A DNA stretch of 36,806 nt from Candidatus Heimdallarchaeota archaeon (lineage in GTDB: Archaea; Asgardarchaeota; Heimdallarchaeia; Heimdallarchaeales; Heimdallarchaeaceae), in assembly GCA_021399395.1 (NCBI GenBank), contig JAAFKJ010000073.1, positions 1 through 36,806 on the forward strand. The letters run 5' to 3'. The position numbers and the translations under genes were made by a program. Position 1 is the first letter of the stretch. Every line of letters starts with the position of its first letter. The notes under the pieces are model-generated. The model saw only the letters and a program-made list of their open reading frames with translations. It ran no database searches and was not told where the DNA came from. Positions 28,689 to 36,806 of this stretch are shown here, in pieces.

Positions 28689-31517
28689 CTAGCAAATGCT
28701 TGCTTCATATTCTTCTACATCAGGTAATGGATAAAGTTTGCGTACAATGAATTTTCTAAGTTCCTCAGCAAGGAAAATTGGTATGACTATAGAGAAGATA
28801 ATCCCCCAATGTTCTATGTTTAACGGTGTTGTTTTGACGAAAGTATTCATGAAAGGAACATAAACTGCAAAAAGAATAAGAGCTAATCCAAGGAAAATTG
28901 CACCAAAGAGAGATCTGTTTTTGAAAATCTTTCTCGAGAAGACTGAACCATCTAAGCTAGTTGAAATGGAGTTGAATAGCTGAAAGATTACTATGGCTAC
29001 AAAAACCATTGTTTGAGCTCGTTTCAAGGAATTGATGTAAGTTTCAGAGCCTAGAACAGCAAGATCAGCACCCCAGTTTGTTGTCCAGTAGAAGATTATC
29101 ATCGAACCTCCTGCATAGAGAATACCTGTGAAGATAATCTTGAATAACATCCGTTTGCCAATTAAAGGTTCTTTTGGATCTCTAGGAGGACGTCGCATAA
29201 CATTTGACTCAGGTGCGCTTATACCTAAAGCCAATGCAGGAAAAGTATCTGTAACGATATTGATGAACAAAAGATGGATAGCTAAAACTGCAAGTTCAAT
29301 ACGTTCTAGAAAAATTGCACTGATAACCAGACCAAGAAGTACAGTCAAAATTTCTCCAGCATTAGCTGATAGAAGATAGGAAATGAAGCGTTTAATATTA
29401 TCGTAGATAATCCTACCTTCAGAGATTGCATCAATAATATTAGCAAAATTATCATCAGTAAGAATCATGTCACTAGCTTCTTTAGCTACATCAGTTCCAG
29501 AAATACCCATTGCGACCCCTATATCACTTCTTTTCAAGGCAGGAGCGTCGTTGACCCCGTCACCTGTCATGATTGTTACCTCTCCTTGTTTCTTCAGAGC
29601 ATTGACAATCCTCAGTTTATGAGAGGGATTTACTCGAGCAAAAATCTCTGTTTCATAGACAGCTTCTTCTAATTCTTCATCGCTCATCTCATCAAGTTGC
29701 GCACCTGAAATTGGCTCCATCCCTGCGCATAAAGCAATTGATCTACCAATTGCTTTTGCAGTTTCCATATGGTCTCCCGTGATCATGATAACATTAATCC
29801 CCGCTGCACGTGCTTTGTCGATTGATGGTTTAGACTGGTCTCTTGGTGGATCTATCATTGCTACAAAACCAACAAAGGTCAAATCTTTTTCAGCTTCTCC
29901 ACTAAAACCAGTTAGGATAATTTTTGTAGCTTCCTCTTGATCCAAATGACGAAAGGCTATACCCAGTATTCTATAAGCATAATTCGCTGAGTAAGAATTG
30001 CTTACTGTCAAGACTCTTTCTTTATCTTCAGCTGTCATGGGTTGTATTCCTTCGTGTGTATATTTTGATTCACATAAATCAAGCAACAAATCTGTAGCTC
30101 CTTTGATCATCAATGCATTTTCAGCAGTTTCCTTATTCTGAACAAGCACGCTCATCATCTTTCTCTCGCTATCAAATGGAAATAGATATTGTCTTGCCCA
30201 AGAGCTAATAATCTCACCTCTAAGGTGGCTTTTCTCAGCTAAAATGAGCAAAGCTACTTCGGTGGGGTCACCAAATATATCAAAATCGGGTGTATCATCT
30301 TTAATGCTAATAGAAGCTTCATTTGCGAGAGTGCAAACTTCTAGGGTTTTAAGCAATATAGGATCATCGTTCGCATCTTTTATTTCTGCACTATCTGTAC
30401 AAATTATGTCCCCATTATCAGAATAACCTGTTCCTGTTACATCATAGGGATGATCCATCGTCCAAATAGCTTTCACTGTCATCTCATTCTTTGTTAATGT
30501 ACCTGTTTTATCTGTGCAAATTACTGTAGAAGAGCCCAATACTTCTACAGCTGGAAGGTTTCTAATCAGGGATCGCTTTTTAGCCATTCTAGTTACTCCC
30601 ACAGCCATAGTAAGAGTCAGAACTACAGGCAATCCTTCTGGAACAGCTGCAACAGCTAAACCTATCGCAAAGATTACAACATCAGATGGTTTTTCAGGGT
30701 CCATCAATAAAAATCCTAAAAGTAAAATGATTGCAGAAAGAATAACTACACCAATGGTTAGTTGTTTTGCTAATTTAGCTAGTTTCTTTTGAAGAGGAGT
30801 ATCATCTGATTTAATATCCATAAGAGACGTAGCGATTTTACCTAATTCGGTTTCAAGTCCTGTAGCAACAACTATTCCTAACCCGGATCCATTTACTACT
30901 GTTGTCCCCTTGTAAAGCATGTTGATTCTATCGGCTAAAGGAGTTTTTTCTGGTAGGATATTGGTTTGCTTCCTAACAGGTAGAGACTCTCCGGTTAAAA
31001 TTCCCTCAAGAGTTCTTACTTCATAGCTTTCAACTAATCGTATATCAGCAGCAATAGTACTCCCTGCATCAAGAGATACAGTATCACCAGGAACTACATC
31101 TTCTGAACTAATCAAAGTTTTTATCTGATCACGAACTACTACAACTTCACTGACTGATAGATTTTTCAGAGCATTCATTGCCTTTTCAGCTGTTAGTTCC
31201 TGATAAAACCCTAATCCTGCGTTAACAGCTACAACTATGAATATTGCTACTACATCAATTATCGCTTCACTATCTTTTTCTATTATCCCCAATATTCCTG
31301 TGATAAGTCCAGAAACAAGTAAAATTATGATAAGTAAATCTGTAAACTGGCTAAGTAATATCTTCCAAGGGCTTATAGAACGACCAGAAGGGATAGTATT
31401 TTTACCATATTTTTCAAGTCTTTCTTTTGCTTCTTTGGAGCTTAAACCTTCAAAACGAGAATCAAGTAAAGTGTATAAATCGTTTGGATTTTTGTCATGA
31501 CCATCCATTGGACTCAT
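28689..31517 (-). CDS. P-type (P2A-like) cation-transporting ATPase, probably Ca2+
   Basis: TGES, VPEGLP, CTDKTGTLT, KGA, MITGDH, TGDGVNDAPALK, M5 SANAGE, M6 NIVTD, M8 IFQLFN. Confidence 0.93.
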   Translation of the reverse strand: MSPMDGHDKNPNDLYTLLDSRFEGLSSKEAKERLEKYGKNTIPSGRSISPWKILLSQFTDLLIIILLVSGLITGILGIIEKDSEAIIDVVAIFIVVAVNAGLGFYQELTAEKAMNALKNLSVSEVVVVRDQIKTLISSEDVVPGDTVSLDAGSTIAADIRLVESYEVRTLEGILTGESLPVRKQTNILPEKTPLADRINMLYKGTTVVNGSGLGIVVATGLETELGKIATSLMDIKSDDTPLQKKLAKLAKQLTIGVVILSAIILLLGFLLMDPEKPSDVVIFAIGLAVAAVPEGLPVVLTLTMAVGVTRMAKKRSLIRNLPAVEVLGSSTVICTDKTGTLTKNEMTVKAIWTMDHPYDVTGTGYSDNGDIICTDSAEIKDANDDPILLKTLEVCTLANEASISIKDDTPDFDIFGDPTEVALLILAEKSHLRGEIISSWARQYLFPFDSERKMMSVLVQNKETAENALMIKGATDLLLDLCESKYTHEGIQPMTAEDKERVLTVSNSYSANYAYRILGIAFRHLDQEEATKIILTGFSGEAEKDLTFVGFVAMIDPPRDQSKPSIDKARAAGINVIMITGDHMETAKAIGRSIALCAGMEPISGAQLDEMSDEELEEAVYETEIFARVNPSHKLRIVNALKKQGEVTIMTGDGVNDAPALKRSDIGVAMGISGTDVAKEASDMILTDDNFANIIDAISEGRIIYDNIKRFISYLLSANAGEILTVLLGLVISAIFLERIELAVLAIHLLFINIVTDTFPALALGISAPESNVMRRPPRDPKEPLIGKRMLFKIIFTGILYAGGSMIIFYWTTNWGADLAVLGSETYINSLKRAQTMVFVAIVIFQLFNSISTSLDGSVFSRKIFKNRSLFGAIFLGLALILFAVYVPFMNTFVKTTPLNIEHWGIIFSIVIPIFLAEELRKFIVRKLYPLPDVEEYEASIC

Positions 31518-31585
31518 GATGATAAGGAATGAACATCAATTAAAAATATTGGTTGGACATGAATATCCTATTTCAAGGAAATATT

Positions 31586-31612
31586 AAAAAAAAAAAAAAA
31601 AAGAAAAGTAAA
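31586..31612 (-). terminator. Oligo(T) terminator after the upstream P-type ATPase gene
   Basis: 17-nt A run at 31586-31602 on + (T17 on -) within a T-rich tract ~20 nt after the stop at 31621. Confidence 0.6.
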
Positions 31613-31620
31613 AGAGGAAT

Positions 31621-34500
31621 TTAATGCATTCCTACAAAAGTTGCAAACTTAGCCATTCTTTCAGTTCTTAGGGCGTATCTGAACATCTCGAATAAGATAC
31701 AGAGACCCAAAGTGAACCCTAGGATTATTCCCCAATCAGCCCAACCAACAAGGTAATAAGCGAAACCGTCATCAGGTTTGAATCCTGTAAATACTGCTTG
31801 GAATGGAGGAATATAAATCACACCAAGTAAGAAAATCCATGAGAGAACTACTGCTCCGATCAAGTATTTATTCTTAAATGGATGAGATTTGAGGAATGAC
31901 GTAGCATTATCGTTCCGAGCAATGAATACAAACCACAATTCAAATGATAGAGTTGCAACAAATGCTAATGTTTGAGAATAAGCAACCTTTGCATCATGGA
32001 GTTGTTCAGCATCTAAAGTTAAGCTGTTTGCAGCAGCCCAATCGGCAATAACACGATCACCAATTCCCAAGTAACCTACTAAAAAGATTCCAAGTGAAGC
32101 AATTAGAGCTATAAGTCCAGCAAATGAAGCAAAAGCGTACATATCTCTTACAAAAGATGATTTTTTACCTCGTGGTGGACGTTGCATTAAGGAAGCGTCA
32201 TAAGGATCAAAGGATAATGATAGGGCAGGTAAAGCATCTGTGAGTAAGTTGAGGAAGAGAATCTGTAACGGTAAGAAAGGTAGCTCTTGAAATGCTGCAT
32301 AAATTATTAAAACTGCAAAAATTTCATCGAAGTTACAACTCAAGAGATAACGGATGAATTTCTTCATGTTCTCAAAGATGTTACGACCTTCTTCAACAGC
32401 AGAGACAATAGTATTAAAAGCATCATCAGTAATGACCATAGCTGCAACCTCTTTAGAGACGTCGGTACCAGTGATTCCCATAGCTACACCGATATCGGCT
32501 TTCTTCAAAGCTGGGGCATCATTGACACCATCTCCGGTTACAGCAACAACATGGTCCAGTTCTTGCAATATTTCTACTACGCGATATTTGTCTTTTGGAC
32601 TCATCCTACTGTAGACTTTTATGCCTTCTATCTTCTCTTGTAATTCTTCATTTGTCATAGTAGCGAATACTTCACCACTCACAACCAAATCCTCATCTGA
32701 TTCAACAATTCCAATTTCTTTTGCTACTGCTACTGCAGTTGGTTCTTGATCCCCAGTTATCATCACAGTTGTAATTCCAGCCATTCTACATTCTTCTATA
32801 GCACCTTTTACTTCTGGCCTGGCGGGGTCAATCATTCCGGTTAACCCTAGAAATATCATATCATCTTCTATTTCATTTTCTTTTGTCTTATCGTAATCTT
32901 TCGGCAATTCCCTATAAGCAACAGCTAATACTCTTAGTGCTTTTTCCGCAAGAGCAAGATTAGATTTCATTATTTCTCCTTCTAAATCTTTAGTCATCTT
33001 TGCTTCTTTGCCTTTCTCAATTGCGTAATTACACCTTGTAATAACAACAGGAGGACTTCCTTTCATGAATGCGTATTTCTTTCCATTGTCATCATGAATT
33101 GTTGTCATCCTTTTCCTGTCTGAATCAAAGAATATTTCATGCTCCATTTTCAATAACATTTCTTTTGAAAATCCTGCTTTTTCTGCTACTACAAGTAAAG
33201 CTGCTTCTGTTGGGTCTCCTTTGATATTTATTCTATCGTCCTCTCTAAGAACAGCTGAATTATTACAGTGATAACTTGTTTGTAGCACTGATTTCAAAGA
33301 TGGTATTGTCATAGGATCGACTTTCTTTCCGTCTTTTACGAAATCTCCATCTAGTAGGTAACCTGAACCTCCGACTTGATACAGTCCATCAATTGTCCAG
33401 ATTTCTTTAACTGTCATTTCGTTTCTGGTTAATGTACCTGTTTTATCACTGCAGATATAATCTACTGAACCTAGTGTTTCTACAGCTGGTAATTTTGAGA
33501 CAATAGTCTTCTTCTTTGCCATCTTTGAAACACCAATTGCTAAAGTAATCACTATTGCAGCTGGTAATCCTTCTGGTACAGCTGAAATTGCCAAAGCAAC
33601 TGCGGTTTCAAAGCTTTCCAGAAACCTTTCACCAAGTATAGCCCAATCAATTATCATTACTATTGCACAGAGAACTAGAATTATTATCCCTAGAACTTTC
33701 CCTAATTTATCTAGAGCTTGTTGTAATGGAGTCAATTCTTCTTTGACTTGAGTAAGTTCTGCTATTCTACCCATTTCTGTGCTCATTCCTGTAGCAGCAA
33801 CAATAGCTTCTCCTCGCCCATAAACACATGTAGTTCCTGAAAATATCATATTCTTTTTATCATGAATTCTTGCTTCTTCGGGAACTAGTTCTGTATTCTT
33901 TGTGACCGAGGATGATTCTCCAGTTAGAGAAGCTTCATCCACTTTGAAATTATTTGCAATTGTTAATCTACAGTCCGCTGGAATTTTGTCTCCTACTTCT
34001 AGTCGTACAATATCCCCAGGAACAAGTTCCGCACTGTGAACAATTTTTTCTTTACCTTCTCTTAATACTACAACTTCTTGTTCAAAGTATTCTTTCAATT
34101 TTGCTAAAGCTTGATTAGATCTATAATCTTGTACGAAACCTATTATCGCATTAATTATTACAATTGTAAAAATCGCAATCGCATCAATTATTTCTGATGT
34201 GCCCCCCTCTTCTCCTGCACCCACTAACCCTATAATCAAGCTGATGGTTCCCGCAATTATCAACAGTATAACTAAGAAACTTGTAAACTGGTTAATAACC
34301 ATTTTAATAACTTTAAAACGATCACTGATTGTCAGTTTATTTGGACCATAACGCTCAAGACGTGATACTACATCATTCTCAAATAAACCTTTTTCGTCAG
34401 TTTGTAGCTCTTTGTATACTTCTTTAATCTCCATATTATGCCATGGGATTAGTTCTTCGACTTCTTGTGGTATTTCATTCTTCTTCTTTTTCTTCAACAT
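31621..34500 (-). CDS. P-type (P2A, SERCA-like) Ca2+-transporting ATPase
   Basis: TGES, VPEGLP, CSDKTGTLT, MITGDQ, TGDGVNDAPALKKAD, M5 SCNFDE, M6 NLLTD, M8 SFELW. Confidence 0.93.
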   Translation of the reverse strand: MLKKKKKNEIPQEVEELIPWHNMEIKEVYKELQTDEKGLFENDVVSRLERYGPNKLTISDRFKVIKMVINQFTSFLVILLIIAGTISLIIGLVGAGEEGGTSEIIDAIAIFTIVIINAIIGFVQDYRSNQALAKLKEYFEQEVVVLREGKEKIVHSAELVPGDIVRLEVGDKIPADCRLTIANNFKVDEASLTGESSSVTKNTELVPEEARIHDKKNMIFSGTTCVYGRGEAIVAATGMSTEMGRIAELTQVKEELTPLQQALDKLGKVLGIIILVLCAIVMIIDWAILGERFLESFETAVALAISAVPEGLPAAIVITLAIGVSKMAKKKTIVSKLPAVETLGSVDYICSDKTGTLTRNEMTVKEIWTIDGLYQVGGSGYLLDGDFVKDGKKVDPMTIPSLKSVLQTSYHCNNSAVLREDDRINIKGDPTEAALLVVAEKAGFSKEMLLKMEHEIFFDSDRKRMTTIHDDNGKKYAFMKGSPPVVITRCNYAIEKGKEAKMTKDLEGEIMKSNLALAEKALRVLAVAYRELPKDYDKTKENEIEDDMIFLGLTGMIDPARPEVKGAIEECRMAGITTVMITGDQEPTAVAVAKEIGIVESDEDLVVSGEVFATMTNEELQEKIEGIKVYSRMSPKDKYRVVEILQELDHVVAVTGDGVNDAPALKKADIGVAMGITGTDVSKEVAAMVITDDAFNTIVSAVEEGRNIFENMKKFIRYLLSCNFDEIFAVLIIYAAFQELPFLPLQILFLNLLTDALPALSLSFDPYDASLMQRPPRGKKSSFVRDMYAFASFAGLIALIASLGIFLVGYLGIGDRVIADWAAANSLTLDAEQLHDAKVAYSQTLAFVATLSFELWFVFIARNDNATSFLKSHPFKNKYLIGAVVLSWIFLLGVIYIPPFQAVFTGFKPDDGFAYYLVGWADWGIILGFTLGLCILFEMFRYALRTERMAKFATFVGMH

Positions 34501-34615
34501 GTCGACACCATATTTTTACTTTAATTATGTTATAACTTTACAATTGCATTTCTGCGGTAGCTTTAAAAGTTTTTTTCGTGCGGACATATAATAAAATAAT
34601 AGGTTCACTATAATA

Positions 34616-35997
34616 TTAACTAAGAAATTGTTTTAATTTACGGATTAATTCATCAATATCTTCTTCTGTATTATAGAAATGAGGACTTATCCTAAGACCA
34701 CCATACCGGCTAGAGATAATGATATTCTCACTATTGAGTTTTTTAGCTAGTTCGATGTTGTTAGGGAGACGAATGTTTACGACACCTGATCTGTGTTTTT
34801 CCTCTAGAGGAGAGATGAACTCATAGTTTCCAAGATTTTGTAGCTCGTGAATTAAATAATTTGTCAGTTTCATAATTCTTTTCTCAACATTTGCTATTCC
34901 ATATTCAAGGATTTTAAGTGGTTTCTTGTACATTTTTTGGTGTTTAAATAAGCCCGTGTAGAATATACGTCGAAGGATTGTAGCTATGCACCAACTTCAT
35001 GGTGATCCTCGGGGTTACATCCGACGAATAATAAAAAGCGACCCGTAAGCATTATTTACGAAGATGTGGGCGGTGTAGGAGGGGATGTGACGTCCCCATG
35101 ATGTGTCCTAGACACTTCTAAAGAATTTGTACAAAATTCATGTCATATCCATACCTTTACTAGAAAAAGAAAATCACTTGGGTTAGTATCCATGAATTTG
35201 GATACACCCTCAACATAGATCAACTCATTTACATTCCAGTATGGCTGATCATGTGAACCTGGATCAACACCATGATATCCAGCAAAAGGTGGATCAAATT
35301 CCGATATGTGGTCTTCTTTAATATAAAAATATCCAGCTTGATTAGCTCCCAGAAGCCATTTTGCCGTTCCACAAGTAAGAAAATCAACTCCCCATTCTTT
35401 GACATCATTAACTAAAGCTCCTGAAGATTGGATCGAATCAATGGCTATCAAAGCATCATTTTCATGAGCAATTTTAGCTATCTCTTTGACATCTGCTCTA
35501 CATCCAGATAACCATTGAACATGTGAGAGAAGTACAAGTTTGGTATTTTTATCTATCTTGTTTGCAAATTCTTCTGCAACTACACAGTTCTTTTGATCTG
35601 GAACAGGTCGATATTCAATATTCTTAGTTTTCTTCAGGAAAAGAGCTTGGTAGACTTGAGCAACATAATCGTTCCAATAACAGACTATGTTACTTTTATC
35701 ATCATAGTTTATCATGTTTGCAGCTAATCTGGAACCAGATGTAACATCTCGTGTAAAAACAATTTCCTCTTCTTTTGCATTTATGAGTTTTCCAAACTTT
35801 CCTCTTGCTTCCTGGAATACTTTGTTTGATTCTTCGAAATCAAATTCGCCCCAATATTCACTATATTCTTGTATTGCTTTTTGAGTTATTCCATGTAAAG
35901 GACCTCTAGAAGCATGGTTTAAGAAAATCTTCTTTTGAAGTGTTGGAGATTCTTCACGAATATTTTGGATGAAATTATCAACCATGTTTAATAACAT
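34616..35997 (-). pseudogene. Class V PLP-dependent aminotransferase-fold gene, split by a frameshift and a ~230-bp insertion
   Basis: 5' part has FLNHASRGP, DSIQSSG, GTAKWLLG; 3' part has ILEYGIANVEKRI, RSGVV, SSRYGGLRISPHFYNTEEDID; together ~380 aa. A linker KGMDM is readable in a shifted frame at 35144-35158. No SufS/IscS-type catalytic Cys loop. Confidence 0.8.
34913..35143 (+). mobile_element. Non-coding, structured insertion of unknown class (non-autonomous element or inserted ncRNA)
   Basis: Removal rejoins ATG GAT ATG|ATC CTT GAA (MDMILE); core 34951-35110 is 77/160 GC (48%) against an AT-rich background; imperfect terminal inverted repeats and several internal helices; no target-site duplication; boundaries uncertain by a few nt. 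Confidence 0.7.
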
Positions 35998-36041
35998 AGT
36001 AAAAACAGTCTATATATTTTTCCGAAAGAAGATGGAAAGAA

Positions 36042-36593
36042 CTACTTCTTTGGAAATCTATGTTTTAAGATAGATTCCAGCAGCTGATCAATGATCAATG
36101 AAATTCCTTTCCCAGATTTAGAAGAGACTTCGAAGAAATGGTTTTCAACATTATCTTTTTGCGACGTTCTATTAAGTCTGAAAACATATTCTTTTGCATC
36201 TATGGGATTGAGAGTTCGCTGGCTAGTTGCGCGTAAATCAGTTTTGTTACCAATTAACACCACGGGAACTTTCCCAAAGCCATTGTAATTAATTAATTCT
36301 TCAATCCAAAAAGGTGCATGACGGAAACTATTGGGGCTGCAAATGTCAAAGATTACAAAAGCTCCATGAACCCCTATATAGTGTTTGGATCTATTTGCAT
36401 TGGAGAGTTCCCTGCCAGGAATATCAAAAAGATTAACGGTAATCTGTTCTCCCCCAATTTTTCTTGTAAATTCGATCAAGTCTAGCTTAATAGAAGGTTT
36501 TTTTGTTGCGCCAGGAATATTCTTTTCAAACTGCTGAAAAAAGGAACTTTTCCCAACATTGTAGTCACCTAAAACTAGAATTTTATAGATCAT
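36042..36593 (-). CDS. Rab-like small GTPase with divergent switch regions
   Basis: G1 GDYNVGKS, G2 region PSIKLD, G3 FDIPGR, G4 NKTD, G5 VSSK. Confidence 0.88.
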   Translation of the reverse strand: MIYKILVLGDYNVGKSSFFQQFEKNIPGATKKPSIKLDLIEFTRKIGGEQITVNLFDIPGRELSNANRSKHYIGVHGAFVIFDICSPNSFRHAPFWIEELINYNGFGKVPVVLIGNKTDLRATSQRTLNPIDAKEYVFRLNRTSQKDNVENHFFEVSSKSGKGISLIIDQLLESILKHRFPKK

Positions 36594-36653
36594 TTAAACC
36601 ACTAAAGTGTAACTTTCTCTTTATTATACAAGCTAATAATCTTCCCAACACTT

Positions 36654-36806
36654 TTAAACTCTTGCTCGTATCGCATTCCCCAACATTTCAAAAGCTTGAT
36701 CGATATTTTTACCTGTTTTTGCACTTGTTTCAATAAGATGATTTGTTATATTGAAACTCGCTGTCCCTTTGTTCAAGATATCTACATACTTCTGAGCATC
36801 TTTCAG
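36654..36806 (-). CDS. C-terminal part of a third Rab-like small GTPase (runs off the window edge; absent from the ORF track)
   Basis: Minus-strand frame from the edge reads LKDAQKYVDILNKGTASFNITNHLIETSAKTGKNIDQAFEMLGNAIRARV*, containing G5 ETSAKTG.NI..AF. Confidence 0.85.
   Translation of the reverse strand: MKDAQKYVDILNKGTASFNITNHLIETSAKTGKNIDQAFEMLGNAIRARV

Noticed and set aside
34913-34933. MYKKPLK as the true N-terminus of an independent 105-aa protein
   Set aside because: The ATG lies within the inserted element; the rest is the C-terminal small domain of the split aminotransferase.
34946-35120. RNase P, SRP, tRNA, hammerhead or HDV ribozyme identity for the structured element
   Set aside because: GGGCUUAU on - lacks the partner GAGGAAAGUCC; no SRP helix-8 motif, cloverleaf or CUGAnGA/GAAA core; UCCUCG is not enclosed by a P3 helix.
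34922-35136. Gateway attB2/attB1-like cores (TTTCTTGTACA, TTTGTACAAAA) at the element ends
   Set aside because: Only 11-nt matches, in the wrong order for a Gateway insert, and the flanking att bases are absent; treated as coincidence around a TGTACA palindrome.
34912-35143. Insertion as an archaeal bulge-helix-bulge or group I/II intron in the host mRNA
   Set aside because: The junction spacing fits a 7-nt loop, but the required 4-bp central helix (AUAU/UUAA) has only 2 pairs. There is no complementary P7 pair or terminal G at a sensible boundary and no domain V. Pairings favour the antisense strand, and a separate frameshift remains.
35143-35145. TGA ending the 284-aa ORF as selenocysteine or readthrough
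   Set aside because: The TGA arises in the frameshifted tail (KVWI*) at the insertion edge, not at a Cys-homologous position.
518-36736. Short ORF-track entries overlapping long genes (e.g. 11467-11934, 17959-18303, 24378-24728, 30514-30792, 36503-36736)
   Set aside because: Antisense or alternate-frame shadows of well-supported genes, with no motifs of their own.

Overview
AT-rich (roughly one-third GC by eye), gene-dense archaeal chromosomal segment, most likely from an Asgard archaeon (Heimdallarchaeia-like). That assignment is inferred from CDP-archaeol synthase (carS), three Rab-like small GTPases and many secreted, C-terminally anchored acidic proteins. Main content: an array of six paralogous membrane-anchored arylsulfotransferase (ASST)-like beta-propeller proteins with patchy nucleotide identity; a YyaL/SPATA20 protein; an ABC-2 exporter; class I/II and class V PLP enzymes; three peroxiredoxins plus a nitroreductase; a beta-helix/Asp-rich repeat surface protein; and two tandem SERCA-like P-type ATPases followed by a 47-aa single-pass micropeptide with its own leader. 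The most anomalous feature is a ~230-bp, GC-elevated, highly self-complementary non-coding element (about 34913-35143). It splits the class V aminotransferase gene without a target-site duplication and folds best on the strand antisense to the host gene. No rRNA, tRNA, CRISPR array or transposase was recognised. All calls are by eye from motifs; no database search was run.
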